Assembly (NCBI GenBank): GCA_963664705.1
Contig: OY761556.1
Span: 1,984,001-2,048,000, forward strand
Direction: 5' to 3'
From: Acidobacteriota bacterium
GTDB lineage: Bacteria; Acidobacteriota; UBA6911
Length of the DNA: 64,000 bases
Below the pieces are notes generated by a model, which saw only the letters and a program-made list of their open reading frames with translations, searched no databases and was not told where the DNA came from. Positions 40,037 through 50,531 of this stretch are shown here, in pieces. Position numbers and translations under genes: made by a program. Within the stretch, counting starts at the first letter, position 1. Every line of letters starts with the position of its first letter.

Positions 40037-42115
40037 ATGGAAAAATCAGAGCTCGTTATTGAGTTGGGCGTGGAGGAAATCCCGGCCTCGATGATCGAGG
40101 ACGCCTCGCGTCAGTTTACGGATTTGATTCTGGAGTCGCTAAAAGCGCAGCGGCTTGCCTGCGGAGAGGTGACTCGGTGGTATACTCCGCGGCGCGTCAT
40201 CCTGGGAATTCAGGATGTTCCCGTGCGCCAGGAAGATCTCGTGGAAGAGATTACAGGGCCACCCAAGAGCGTCGCCTATGACAATGCCGGCAATCCCACG
40301 AAAGCCGCGATGGCTTTTGCACAAAAAAACAGCGTCCCCCTTTCGAAACTGAAAATCGTTCAGACACCCAAAGGCGAATACATTTCCATCCAGCGGAAAG
40401 TCCGCGGAGAGAAGACGGCAAAACTGCTGGAACGTCTGATCCCGGCCGCAATCGGAAAAATTCAGTTTCCCAAGACCATGCATTGGAGCCCGGATCACTT
40501 CCGCTTTGCGCGCCCATTGCGCTGGATCGTAGCCTTGTTTGCCGGCAAAACCGTCCGGTTTACCATTGCCGATGTCGCTGCATCGAACTATACCTCCGGA
40601 CACCGTTTTCTTGGAAAGCCCAGAATTGCGGTTACCTCGCTCTCCACATTGAAAGAAAATTTGCGCGCAAATTCTGTCATGGTCGATCCGGTGGAACGAC
40701 TGGCCAAAATTCAGGAAGGACTGCTGCGGGAGGCAGAGGCCTGCGGCGGCACATTGCTGGCAGATCCCGATCTGCTGAGCACCGTTGTGAATTTGAATGA
40801 AGCGCCGTCCATCGTTCGCGGCAATTTCGAAGAGCGCTTCCTGGCACTGCCCAAGGAAATCCTCATCACGGTCATGCGGGAACATCAGAAATATTTCTGT
40901 GTTCTTAATGCGGAGGGACAGCTTCTTCCCGTTTTTCTTGCCGTGGTCAATATCGAATCCGACCGGGACCGGATCATCCAAACAGGTCACGAACGCGTCC
41001 TGCGTGCAAGGCTCGCGGATGCCGCTTTCTTCTGGGATACCGACCGCAAGACCCGGTTGGCCGACCGCGAAGAGGCACTGAAACATGTACTGTTCCAACT
41101 GAAGTTGGGATCTTATTTTGACAAAACGCAGCGCGTACTTTCATTACTCCCGAAGGTAGCGAACGCCCTGGGCAAGCCTGATCTGATTCCCGATCTGGAG
41201 ACGGCCTCGCATTTCTTCAAATGCGATCTCATCACGGAAATGGTGAAGGAATTCACCGACTTGCAGGGCGTAGTCGGTGGACTGTATGCACGCGCGGAAG
41301 GCTATCCGGAATCGGTCTGGCGTGCCGTATACGAACAGTACGAACCCAAATCCACCAATTCACCCTCTCCCGGTTCCATCACCGGCGCTATTCTCGCGCT
41401 TGTGGATCGCCTGGATACCGTATGTGGCTGCTTCAGCATCGGCCTGATTCCTTCCGGATCGGGAGATCCGTTCGCAGTTCGTCGACAGGGCAACGGCATT
41501 CTCAAAATTGTTTTCGATCATCGTTTGAGCATTTCTCTCCAAGATATGATTCAATGGAGTCTCCATGCTCATGGAAAAGACGTTTCTCAGGTAATCGACA
41601 GCCTGAAGGAATTTTTCGAGGGTCGACTACGCTTCCTGTTTGAAGAAATGGGCTATGCCTATGACTGCGTCAATGCAGCATTGGCCGCCGGTTTTGATGA
41701 TCCATTGGATGTATTGGAACGGCTGCGCGCACTTCAGGAACTCAGGCAGGAAGCTGACTTCCTGTCGCTGGCATCCAATTTTAAGCGCATCGTAAACATA
41801 CTGTCTCAGGCAGGAAATGAAACGGGCACTCTGGATGAGTCCAAGCTTCAGGATCCGGCGGAGATGGCTTTGTGGAAGAGCTACCTCCAGGTTCAGCCGG
41901 AAGTGGAGGCGGCCAGAAGAAATCATGACTATGGCGCGGCTCTGCGATCGCTTGCATCCATGCGCCAAGTCGTGGATGAATTCTTTAAGCAAGTCATGGT
42001 GATGGCCGAGGATCCGGCGCTTCGCCAAAACCGGATATCGCTTCTGTTTAGGGTTTCACAGATTTTCAGGAGTATCGCGGATATTTCCAGGATTGTCATC
42101 GAACGAGGCGCCTGA
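40037..42115 (+). CDS. glyS: Glycine--tRNA ligase beta subunit
   Basis: ELGVEEIP, TPRR, RFARPLRW, RARLADA and GSGDPFAVRR. Confidence 0.96.
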   Translation: MEKSELVIELGVEEIPASMIEDASRQFTDLILESLKAQRLACGEVTRWYTPRRVILGIQDVPVRQEDLVEEITGPPKSVAYDNAGNPTKAAMAFAQKNSVPLSKLKIVQTPKGEYISIQRKVRGEKTAKLLERLIPAAIGKIQFPKTMHWSPDHFRFARPLRWIVALFAGKTVRFTIADVAASNYTSGHRFLGKPRIAVTSLSTLKENLRANSVMVDPVERLAKIQEGLLREAEACGGTLLADPDLLSTVVNLNEAPSIVRGNFEERFLALPKEILITVMREHQKYFCVLNAEGQLLPVFLAVVNIESDRDRIIQTGHERVLRARLADAAFFWDTDRKTRLADREEALKHVLFQLKLGSYFDKTQRVLSLLPKVANALGKPDLIPDLETASHFFKCDLITEMVKEFTDLQGVVGGLYARAEGYPESVWRAVYEQYEPKSTNSPSPGSITGAILALVDRLDTVCGCFSIGLIPSGSGDPFAVRRQGNGILKIVFDHRLSISLQDMIQWSLHAHGKDVSQVIDSLKEFFEGRLRFLFEEMGYAYDCVNAALAAGFDDPLDVLERLRALQELRQEADFLSLASNFKRIVNILSQAGNETGTLDESKLQDPAEMALWKSYLQVQPEVEAARRNHDYGAALRSLASMRQVVDEFFKQVMVMAEDPALRQNRISLLFRVSQIFRSIADISRIVIERGA

Positions 42116-42316
42116 TATAAAATCCGTGCTACGGAAAGAATACTCTTTGAGATTGTTTGAGCTCTTTGCCCGATTGCAAGAGCTTCAATAATTTCAAAGA
42201 GGCTTTGGTTTTGGGAGAGCCTGGATCCAATGAACCGACTTCTCCCGGAATGCAATCAAACCAGGTGGCAGACCAGGTCGTTTTTTGGCCGGCTATCCAT
42301 ATTGAGGAATTAAAAA

Positions 42317-43633
42317 ATGATCGCCAAAGGAAAAGAAATTGCGCCCGCAACAGGCAAATTGGGCGTAGTACTTCCCGGAATGGGCGCAATCAGCTCTACA
42401 TTCATAGCGGGAGTGGAGGCAGTTAAAAAGGGAATCGCCAAGCCGATCGGCTCGTTGACACAAATGGGAACTATCCGTTTGGGGAAGCGCACGGAAGGGC
42501 GCATTCCCAAGATTAAGGATTTCGTTCCGCTGGCATCTCTCGACGACCTGGTATTCGGCGGTTGGGACATTTTCTCTGATAACATCTACCAGGCCGGATT
42601 ACACGCCGGTGTGCTGGAACGCAGCCTTTTGGATCAGGTGCGGCCCGAAATGGAGGCGATTAGCCCGTGGACCGCTGCTTTCGACAAAAACTATGTCCGG
42701 AAGCTCGATGGCACCCATGTAAAAAAGGGCGCCAATAAAATGGAATTAGCGGAACAGCTGCAGGATGATATCAAGGCGTTCAAAAAGAAGAACAACCTCA
42801 GCCGCATGGTCATGGTCTGGTGCGCCAGCACTGAAGTCTTCCTAAAGCCTTCTGCCGTACACCAAACCGTGGAGAGCTTCGAAGAAGGTTTGCGGAAGAA
42901 TGATCCGGATATCGCCCCAAGCATGCTTTATGCCTACGCCGCCATCAAATCCGGAATCGCTTATGCCAACGGCGCGCCCAACCTTTCGGCCGATATTCCG
43001 GCGCTGAATCGCCTCGCGAAAGATCACAACATTCCGATTTGCGGAAAGGACTTTAAGACCGGACAGACTTTGATGAAAACCATCCTGGCCCCCGGATTGA
43101 AGTCGAGACTCATCGGACTGAGCGGCTGGTTCTCCACCAACATCCTCGGCAACCGTGACGGTGAAGTGCTGGACGATCCGGATGCTTTCAAGACCAAAGA
43201 GGAAAGCAAGCTGTCGGTCCTGGAACACATCCTTCAACCGGATCTCTATCCGGACCTTTATTCGAATTATACTCACAAGGTGAGGATCAATTACTATCCT
43301 CCGCGCGGCGACAACAAAGAAGGCTGGGATAACATCGACATCTTTGGCTGGCTCGGATACCCAATGCAGATCAAGGTCGATTTCCTCTGCCGCGATTCCA
43401 TCCTGGCAGCCCCAATCGTTCTGGATCTCGTGATGTTCCTCGATCTGGCGCAGCGCTGCGGCATGAGCGGCATCCAGGAGTGGCTCTCCTTCTACTTCAA
43501 GAGCCCGATGTGCGCTCCAGAGCTTTATCCTGAACACGACCTGTTCATTCAGCTGATGAAGCTTAAAAATACGCTTCGCTACCTGCAAGGCGAAGATCTG
43601 ATCACGCACCTCGGCCTGGAGTATTACGACTAG
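42317..43633 (+). CDS. ino1: myo-Inositol-1-phosphate synthase
   Basis: GWDIF, NGAPN, GKDFKTGQT, NILGNRDG, GDNKE, RDSILAAP and SFYFKSP. Confidence 0.93.
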   Translation: MIAKGKEIAPATGKLGVVLPGMGAISSTFIAGVEAVKKGIAKPIGSLTQMGTIRLGKRTEGRIPKIKDFVPLASLDDLVFGGWDIFSDNIYQAGLHAGVLERSLLDQVRPEMEAISPWTAAFDKNYVRKLDGTHVKKGANKMELAEQLQDDIKAFKKKNNLSRMVMVWCASTEVFLKPSAVHQTVESFEEGLRKNDPDIAPSMLYAYAAIKSGIAYANGAPNLSADIPALNRLAKDHNIPICGKDFKTGQTLMKTILAPGLKSRLIGLSGWFSTNILGNRDGEVLDDPDAFKTKEESKLSVLEHILQPDLYPDLYSNYTHKVRINYYPPRGDNKEGWDNIDIFGWLGYPMQIKVDFLCRDSILAAPIVLDLVMFLDLAQRCGMSGIQEWLSFYFKSPMCAPELYPEHDLFIQLMKLKNTLRYLQGEDLITHLGLEYYD

Positions 43634-43645
43634 GAATCTGGCTTT

Positions 43646-43702
43646 AAACAAAAAAGGCGATTGAAAAGGTTTCAAAGCCTATTCAATCGCCTTTTTTGTT
43701 TT
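43646..43702. terminator. Bidirectional intrinsic terminator between ino1 and ppdK
   Basis: AAACAAAAAAGGCGATTGAA...TTCAATCGCCTTTTTTGTTT inverted repeat; a second hairpin GGCTCGAAGG...CCTTCGAGCC lies at 43721-43749. Confidence 0.85.
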
Positions 43703-43763
43703 TGAACGTCGATCGCTCCAGGCTCGAAGGCCACCTGAGCCTTCGAGCCCGAAGAAAATCCAT

Positions 43764-46538
43764 TTATGCCGTGTGGCTGATGGTCTGCTGTGAACCCAAT
43801 GCCGCCTGAGCCGCAGCAAGACGAGCAATGGGTACGCGATAAGGCGAGCAGGAGACGTAATTCAGTCCTACGCGGTCGCAGAACTGCACCGAAGAAGGCT
43901 CGCCGCCATGCTCTCCGCAGATACCGACCTTGAGTTCCGGTCGTGTTTTTCGGCCTTTATCCGTGCCCATCTGAACCAGCTGGCCCACACCTGTCTGATC
44001 CAGAACCTGGAAGGGATCATCCTTGAAGATGCGGTTTTCGATGTAGAACGGCAGGAACTTACCGGAGTCGTCGCGAGAGATGCCGAATGTCGTTTGAGTA
44101 AGATCGTTGGTCCCGAATGAGAAGAATTCGGCCACCTCGGCGATCTTGTCCGCCGTCAGGGCAGCGCGCGGCAGCTCAATCATGGTTCCGACAAGATATT
44201 CGATAGATATCTTCGATTTTTCGCATACCTCCGAGGCCACCCGGCGGACGACATCGCCCTGCAGCTTCAACTCGCTGACATCCGCGACCAGCGGAATCAT
44301 GACTTCCGGATAAACCTTGACCCCTTTCTTCTGCATGTTCGCGGCGGCTTCAAAAATGGCGCGCGCCTGCATCTCCGTTATCTCCGGGAAGACAACCCCA
44401 AGGCGGCAACCTCTGTGGCCGAGCATCGGGTTCGCTTCATGCAGCGACTGCACTCTGTCCCACAGAGTTTTGGCATTGGCTTTCAGTTTGCGGGCAAGCT
44501 TGCGAGTGTCCTCTTCGCTATGCGGCAGGAATTCGTGCAACGGCGGATCCAGGGTACGGATGGTAACCGGGAATCCGTCCATGGCTTTGAAGATGCCTTC
44601 GAAATCCTTCCGCTGCAGGCGAAGAAGTTCGTTAAGCCCACCCTTGTACAGTCTCTTGGGTTCTTCGATTTCCTTCTTAAGCTTCTTTTTCAAATCCTGA
44701 AGCTCTTTGCGCTTCTTGGGGGATACGCCACGCGCAAGATCCGCCTCGACGGCATTCAGATCGCGCTCCAGCCGCTTGAAATCGAGAGAGCCGAGAATCA
44801 TCTGGCGAACAAAATCAATCCGGTCTCCTGCAAAAAACATGTGCTCAGTCCGGCAGAGTCCGATTCCCTGGGCACCGAAACCTCTTGCAATCGCGGCATC
44901 CATGGGGGTATCCGCGTTTGTCCGCACCTTCATTCTGCGGGCTTTGTCGGCCCATTCCATCAGCTGCTTGAAATCGTTCCCCAGTTCGGGATCGATAAGG
45001 GGGGCCTGTCCAAGAATAATTTGGCCGCTGGTTCCATCTACGGTGATCCAGTCACCCCGGCTGATCTTCACTCCATTGACCGTGAATTCATTCTTGGCAT
45101 AGTTGATCGCCACATCCCCGGCGCCCACGACGCAAGGTTTGCCCCAGCCGCGGGCAACGACCGCTGCATGACTGGTGGGACCACCCGTGGAAGTGAGAAT
45201 GGCTTGTGCGGCATCCATACCACGCACATCTTCCGGAGACGTTTCACGCCGTACAAGAATGACCTTCTCGCCCTTTTCCTTCAAGAGTTCCGCTTCTTTC
45301 GGGGTAAAGACCACTTTTCCTGAGGCAGCACCCGGACTGGCGTTAATGCCCTTGGTCAACACCTTCAGTTTGGCTTTAGGATCCACCATCTTATGCAGCA
45401 ACTGGTCCAGGTCGCCGGCCGGCACGCGCATGATGGCCGTCTTCTCGTCAATTAACCCTTCCTTCACCATTTCCACGGCGATGCGCACGCCTGCGGGTCC
45501 GGTTCGCTTTCCATTTCGAGTCTGCAGCATCCAGAGTTTTCCGCGTTCCACTGTGAACTCGAGGTCCTGCATATCCCGATAGTGTTTTTCGAGCTTATCC
45601 GCCAGTTGAACAAACTGATCGTAGATCGCGGGCATGTCTACCTTGAGCTCATCGATGTGCTTGGGTGTGCGGATACCGGCAACCACATCTTCTCCCTGAG
45701 CGTTCGACAGATAATCCCCAAACAGCCTTCTCTCACCAGTCGCCGGGTTTCTCGTAAAAGCGACGCCGGTTCCGGAATCTTCGCCCATATTTCCGAATAC
45801 CATTGTCACCACGTTGACGGCCGTGCCCAAGTCATCAGGAATTCTCTCTCTGCGGCGATATGCCTTGGCTCGATCTCCGTTCCAGGAACGGAATACGGCC
45901 TTGATTGCCTCTTCAAGCTGCTGGTACGGGTCAGCCGGGAAGTCTGATCCGGTTTCGGCTCGAATAATTTTTTTGAATTCCCTGCAGACATCGGCAAGAT
46001 CACCGGCTTTCAGATCCGTGTCCATCTTGGCTTTTACCGAGTGTTTGATCTTTTCCAACGCCTGTTCAAACAACTCGCCGTCGACGCCCAGAACAATCTT
46101 GCCGAACATCTGGATGAAGCGTCGGTAGGCATCAAGAGCAAACCTTTCGTTCGATGTAAGGCTTGCCAGCCCCTGCATCGTCTCATCATTCAATCCCAGA
46201 TTAAGAACCGTATCCATCATGCCTGGCATGGAGAACTTCGCCCCGGACCGTACGGAAACGAGCAGCGGATTTGTAATGCTGCCGAATTCTTTGCCTGTTG
46301 AGGATTCAACCTTCTTCAGCGCAGATAAAACCTGGTTCCACATCCCTTCGGGAAACTGGGCTCCGCTGGAATAATAGGCGTTGCAGGCCTGAGTAGTGAT
46401 CGTGAATCCAGGTGGGACCGGCAATCCTGCATTCGTCATCTCGGCAAGGCCGGCGCCTTTTCCACCGAGAAGATCTTTCATTTCACCGTTTCCGTCTGCT
46501 TCACCATCTGCAAATAGGTATACATATTTGATGGACAT
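43764..46538 (-). CDS. ppdK: Pyruvate, phosphate dikinase
   Basis: LGGKGAGL, SVRSGA..SMPGMM, GPTSHAAVVARG (phospho-His), GLCRTEHMF and SFGTNDL. Confidence 0.97.
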   Translation of the reverse strand: MSIKYVYLFADGEADGNGEMKDLLGGKGAGLAEMTNAGLPVPPGFTITTQACNAYYSSGAQFPEGMWNQVLSALKKVESSTGKEFGSITNPLLVSVRSGAKFSMPGMMDTVLNLGLNDETMQGLASLTSNERFALDAYRRFIQMFGKIVLGVDGELFEQALEKIKHSVKAKMDTDLKAGDLADVCREFKKIIRAETGSDFPADPYQQLEEAIKAVFRSWNGDRAKAYRRRERIPDDLGTAVNVVTMVFGNMGEDSGTGVAFTRNPATGERRLFGDYLSNAQGEDVVAGIRTPKHIDELKVDMPAIYDQFVQLADKLEKHYRDMQDLEFTVERGKLWMLQTRNGKRTGPAGVRIAVEMVKEGLIDEKTAIMRVPAGDLDQLLHKMVDPKAKLKVLTKGINASPGAASGKVVFTPKEAELLKEKGEKVILVRRETSPEDVRGMDAAQAILTSTGGPTSHAAVVARGWGKPCVVGAGDVAINYAKNEFTVNGVKISRGDWITVDGTSGQIILGQAPLIDPELGNDFKQLMEWADKARRMKVRTNADTPMDAAIARGFGAQGIGLCRTEHMFFAGDRIDFVRQMILGSLDFKRLERDLNAVEADLARGVSPKKRKELQDLKKKLKKEIEEPKRLYKGGLNELLRLQRKDFEGIFKAMDGFPVTIRTLDPPLHEFLPHSEEDTRKLARKLKANAKTLWDRVQSLHEANPMLGHRGCRLGVVFPEITEMQARAIFEAAANMQKKGVKVYPEVMIPLVADVSELKLQGDVVRRVASEVCEKSKISIEYLVGTMIELPRAALTADKIAEVAEFFSFGTNDLTQTTFGISRDDSGKFLPFYIENRIFKDDPFQVLDQTGVGQLVQMGTDKGRKTRPELKVGICGEHGGEPSSVQFCDRVGLNYVSCSPYRVPIARLAAAQAALGSQQTISHTA

Positions 46539-46853
46539 TGATGTTCTCCCGGGATAATCGTCGGATGTACTTCTGATTTACTGACACGCGCTTGTATATT
46601 ACCTCAAAATGGGATAGCGCTCAAAACCTTCGTTTCTGTTAAAACGAATAAAGTAATTGCCCTTATCGGAATTGTGTTTGCTTTAGATTTGATTATGCTG
46701 AGCTTAATTTGAGATCAGGGGATTGGTGTCGCAGGGTCGCATCCCCAACCTGGAATCGGCGAGCCGGCGAACCGGCATCGATAACCCCAGGCTGGGGTCA
46801 GCTTCTCGAATAGCCTAATTTTCATATCGGCAGGCGGCGGAAATAGATCAGGC

Positions 46854-47894
46854 TTATTTCGCCTCCCTGGCATTTAGGGCATTTTTCAACTCGGTGATCT
46901 CCTTCTCGAGACTCCTCAATTTGCGCATCATGTCCGGCAGTTTTGCAAAGACCGCCGTCGACCGCAGCCATGCGGAGTTTTCAAACGCCGGCGAACCCGA
47001 CATCACCGCTCCGGGAGCAATATCATGCGAGGTTCCGCTTTGCGCCGTAATGATTGCCTTGTCGCCGACCTCCAGGTGCCCGGCAAATCCTACCTGCCCG
47101 CCGACCCAGACGCCCCTCCCAAGTCTCGTGGAGCCCGCAAGTCCGACCTGCGCTGCCAACACGCAGTCCGGCCCAACCTGGGCTCCATGTCCAATCTGCA
47201 CGAGATTGTCCACCTTGGCTCCCCGGCGAATGATCGTATCCCCAACCGCCGCTCTATCAATGGTTGTATTCGAACCAATCTCTACATCGTCCTCGATTAG
47301 AACACGGCCGGTCTGGCAGATCTTATAAAAGCCCCCTTCTCTGGTGGGAGCAAATCCAAACCCATCGCTGCCAACCACGGCACCATTTTGCAGGATGACC
47401 CGGTTCCCAAGAATGCAATCCTCCCGAACAATGACATGGGAATGCAGCAGACAGTTGTTCCCGACCGAGACTCCCGGATAGAGAACGACATGCGGATGGA
47501 TTTCGACTCCGGAGCCGATCGTACATCCCTTGCCGATCACCGCATATGCACCGATACTGGCATCGTCCGGAATTTCCACGCCCTCCGCTACAACCGCCGT
47601 CGGATGCACTCCAACCTCAGGCTTTTGCGGAACGAAGAAAATTTCCAGCGCACGCGCAAAGGCAAGGTATGGATCCTCGGTTCGAAGGGAAGGTTTGTCG
47701 ATGGGCGCGATATCCTCACCTAAAATGATTGCAGAGGCATTCGTGGTTTTGATGTGGCTGACATATTTGCGGTTGGACACGAAAGTGATATCCCCCGGGC
47801 CGGCTTCATCAATCCCCGCAACCCGAAAAATTTCGACGTCGTTTTCAGCGACCATTCTGCAGCCTAATCGGAGAGCAATTTCGGAAAGCTTCAT
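46854..47894 (-). CDS. lpxD: UDP-3-O-(3-hydroxyacyl)glucosamine N-acyltransferase
   Basis: Hexapeptide repeats; GSDGFGF, DVEIGSNTTIDR and KVDNLVQIGHG. Confidence 0.96.
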   Translation of the reverse strand: MKLSEIALRLGCRMVAENDVEIFRVAGIDEAGPGDITFVSNRKYVSHIKTTNASAIILGEDIAPIDKPSLRTEDPYLAFARALEIFFVPQKPEVGVHPTAVVAEGVEIPDDASIGAYAVIGKGCTIGSGVEIHPHVVLYPGVSVGNNCLLHSHVIVREDCILGNRVILQNGAVVGSDGFGFAPTREGGFYKICQTGRVLIEDDVEIGSNTTIDRAAVGDTIIRRGAKVDNLVQIGHGAQVGPDCVLAAQVGLAGSTRLGRGVWVGGQVGFAGHLEVGDKAIITAQSGTSHDIAPGAVMSGSPAFENSAWLRSTAVFAKLPDMMRKLRSLEKEITELKNALNAREAK

Positions 47895-47998
47895 AAGACC
47901 CAACCTCGATTCCCACGCAAAATATGGCATTGCAACGTGTTATAGAAACGAAGCCCTATGGTAGTATTAAGCTCCACATGCGTCAAGGAGAGGCTGCT

Positions 47999-49618
47999 TT
48001 GGAGCCACCGGTAATAGCATCCGGAAATCGAAATGCCGGTTTGATGAGTGCGGCGGGATCGGTGAGCATCGCCATCATGGTCAGCCGGGTCCTTGGATTG
48101 ATGCGCGACATGGTCCAGGCGAGATATTTCGGCGCAGGGCTTTATACCGACGCTTTTAACATCGCCTTCAGGATCCCGAATCTTCTAAGAGATCTGTTCG
48201 CCGAAGGGGTTCTCAGCTCCGCATTTGTCCCCACCTTTATCCGCAGACTCACACAGGATGGCAAAGAGCAGGCCTGGTTGCTTGCCAACCGCGTCATCAG
48301 CATGCTGTTGATGATCATGGCCGCACTCACCCTGCTGTTCTTTTTCGGCGCACGTTTTTTTGTCTATCTGCTGGCTTCCGGCTATGCGCGGATACCGGGG
48401 AAATTCGATTTGACGGTTCAGATGACTCAAATCATGTCTCCTTTTCTGCTGTTCATTGCGCTCGCCTCCGTTGCCATGGGCATGCTGAATGCCTACGGAT
48501 CCTTCTTCATCCCCGCAATGGCATCCTCGATCTTCAACGCCTGTTGCATCCTTTGCGGGATCTTTCTTTCTCCCTTCATGCCCCGTTGGGGCCTTCACCC
48601 GATTGTTTCTATGGCCATAGGGGCACTGATCGGTGGCGCCGCGCAGTTTCTTATCATGGTACCTTCTGCTCGCAGATATGGGTTCCGGTTCCGGTTTGAC
48701 ATCCGCCCGTCCGATCCGGATCTCCAAAAGATCTGGCGCCTGATGCTGCCCGCCATCGTTGGGCTTTCCGCAACCCAGATCAACATTACGGTAGACTCTC
48801 AAATTGCTTCGATGTATGGAGACGGCCCCGTCTCCTGGCTCAACTATGGATTCCGCCTCATGCAGCTTCCTATCGGCGTATTTGGAATCGCTATCGCCAC
48901 CGTTACCCTGACATCCGTTTCCCATCATATCGCCCGGAATGAACCAGGCAAGCTCCAGAACACCCTCTCCTCCAGCCTTCGGCTGGCCGCATGTCTGACC
49001 TTCCCGGCTACCGTTGGACTGGTATTCTTTCGCAAGGAAATCGTTCAGCTGATTTTTGAACGCGGGTCTTTTCTGCCGGCCCACACGATAGAAACCAGCA
49101 AGGTGGTGATGTTTTATGCCCTGGGGCTGTTTTTCTATTCGGCGGTCAAGATCCTGGTTCCGACGTTCTATGCGCTCGAAGACACACGGACTCCGGTGCG
49201 GCTGAGCTTGATGACGGTTGCAGCCAAAATAGCTTTCAATCTTGCAATGATCCGATACCTGGGTTTTCTTGGTTTTCTCGGGCTGCCGCTTGCCACAACA
49301 TTCGCCTCCTGCCTGAACTTCGGCCTGCTGCTGAGGAAGCTCCGCACAAAGGCGAATATCGGGTCCATCATCGGAAGTCCGATGGTTTATTTGCGCATCG
49401 CCATCGCATCCCTGGTTATGGGCCTGCTGTCCCTACTGGCATATCGTGCCAGCGGCATGATCTGCTCCGGCACCGGGTTGACGGCACAAGCCTTGAGGCT
49501 GGGATTGGCCATAGCCGTTGCCATGGCCTCCCTGCTTCCGCTGCTCAAATTGTTCAGGGTTGAAGAAGGAAAGGCCCTGTATCGGATGGCCGCATCGTAC
49601 CTTGGGAAGGCTCAATGA
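47999..49618 (+). CDS. murJ: Lipid II flippase MurJ (MviN)
   Basis: [24 protein letters not shown] and RLMQLPIG; TTG start after SD AAGGAGAGG (ATG 47978 is an alternative). Confidence 0.95.
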   Translation: MEPPVIASGNRNAGLMSAAGSVSIAIMVSRVLGLMRDMVQARYFGAGLYTDAFNIAFRIPNLLRDLFAEGVLSSAFVPTFIRRLTQDGKEQAWLLANRVISMLLMIMAALTLLFFFGARFFVYLLASGYARIPGKFDLTVQMTQIMSPFLLFIALASVAMGMLNAYGSFFIPAMASSIFNACCILCGIFLSPFMPRWGLHPIVSMAIGALIGGAAQFLIMVPSARRYGFRFRFDIRPSDPDLQKIWRLMLPAIVGLSATQINITVDSQIASMYGDGPVSWLNYGFRLMQLPIGVFGIAIATVTLTSVSHHIARNEPGKLQNTLSSSLRLAACLTFPATVGLVFFRKEIVQLIFERGSFLPAHTIETSKVVMFYALGLFFYSAVKILVPTFYALEDTRTPVRLSLMTVAAKIAFNLAMIRYLGFLGFLGLPLATTFASCLNFGLLLRKLRTKANIGSIIGSPMVYLRIAIASLVMGLLSLLAYRASGMICSGTGLTAQALRLGLAIAVAMASLLPLLKLFRVEEGKALYRMAASYLGKAQ

Positions 49619-50502
49619 CCAGAGATTTTCTTGCAGAATTTTCCACCTATCTGCGCGTAGAAAAAGGCCTTTCGCCAAATACAATCGCTTCCTATGGATT
49701 GGACTTGAAAAAGCTCAAACAGTACGCCGATGCCAGGGAACTGGATATCAGCAGGCTAAGCCAGGAGGATATCATCGGCTGGATTCAAGACCTGCTTGGC
49801 CAAGGCTTGGCTCCCAGGTCTGTCGCGCGATCGATCAATGCGGCTCGGAGTTTCTACCGCTATCTGGTAGGGGACCGGATCATTGATACCGATCCAACGG
49901 AAAACCTGGAGACGCCACGATCCCTGACGCCGCTGCCAAGATTCCTTACCCGAGAGGAAGTGGATAAACTGCTTCTGACCCCCGATACCGACACCGCCAT
50001 CGGCAGCCGGGACAAAGCGATGCTGGAAGTGCTTTATGCATCCGGCCTGCGTGTCAGCGAATTGGTCAGACTTGGAATGACACAAGTGGATCGAAATCTC
50101 GGTATCGTTTCGTGCGTCGGGAAGGGAAGTAAGGAACGTATCGTCCCTATTGGATCTGCTGCGGGCGAACAGGTCGATGCCTATATTCAGAAATTCCGGC
50201 CCCAGCTCTTGGGCAAAAGGAAGAGCAACTACCTCTTTGTCACACGCCGCGGCGGCCCTATGACCCGGCAGGGCTTCTGGAGGAATCTACGGGATTATGG
50301 AATCAAGGCCGGAATCACCAAATCACTGACTCCGCACATGCTCCGCCATAGCTTTGCCACACATCTGCTGGAAAATGGCGCGGACCTTCGCTCTGTGCAG
50401 CTCATGCTGGGGCATTCGGATATTTCGACAACGCAGATTTATACGCACGTTACGCGGGAGCGACTCAAGCAGGTATACCGAAAATTTCACCCGCGAGCGT
50501 GA
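49615..50502 (+). CDS. xerD: Tyrosine recombinase XerD
   Basis: [52 protein letters not shown] and KFHPRA. Confidence 0.92.
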   Translation: MTRDFLAEFSTYLRVEKGLSPNTIASYGLDLKKLKQYADARELDISRLSQEDIIGWIQDLLGQGLAPRSVARSINAARSFYRYLVGDRIIDTDPTENLETPRSLTPLPRFLTREEVDKLLLTPDTDTAIGSRDKAMLEVLYASGLRVSELVRLGMTQVDRNLGIVSCVGKGSKERIVPIGSAAGEQVDAYIQKFRPQLLGKRKSNYLFVTRRGGPMTRQGFWRNLRDYGIKAGITKSLTPHMLRHSFATHLLENGADLRSVQLMLGHSDISTTQIYTHVTRERLKQVYRKFHPRA

Positions 50503-50531
50503 AATATTTCACGCTGCAGGCAGCGATAGCC

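Noticed and set aside
49615-50502. Tyrosine recombinase as a phage or island integrase
   Set aside because: It has XerD signatures ([12 protein letters not shown] end), overlaps murJ in an operon, and has no flanking mobile genes.
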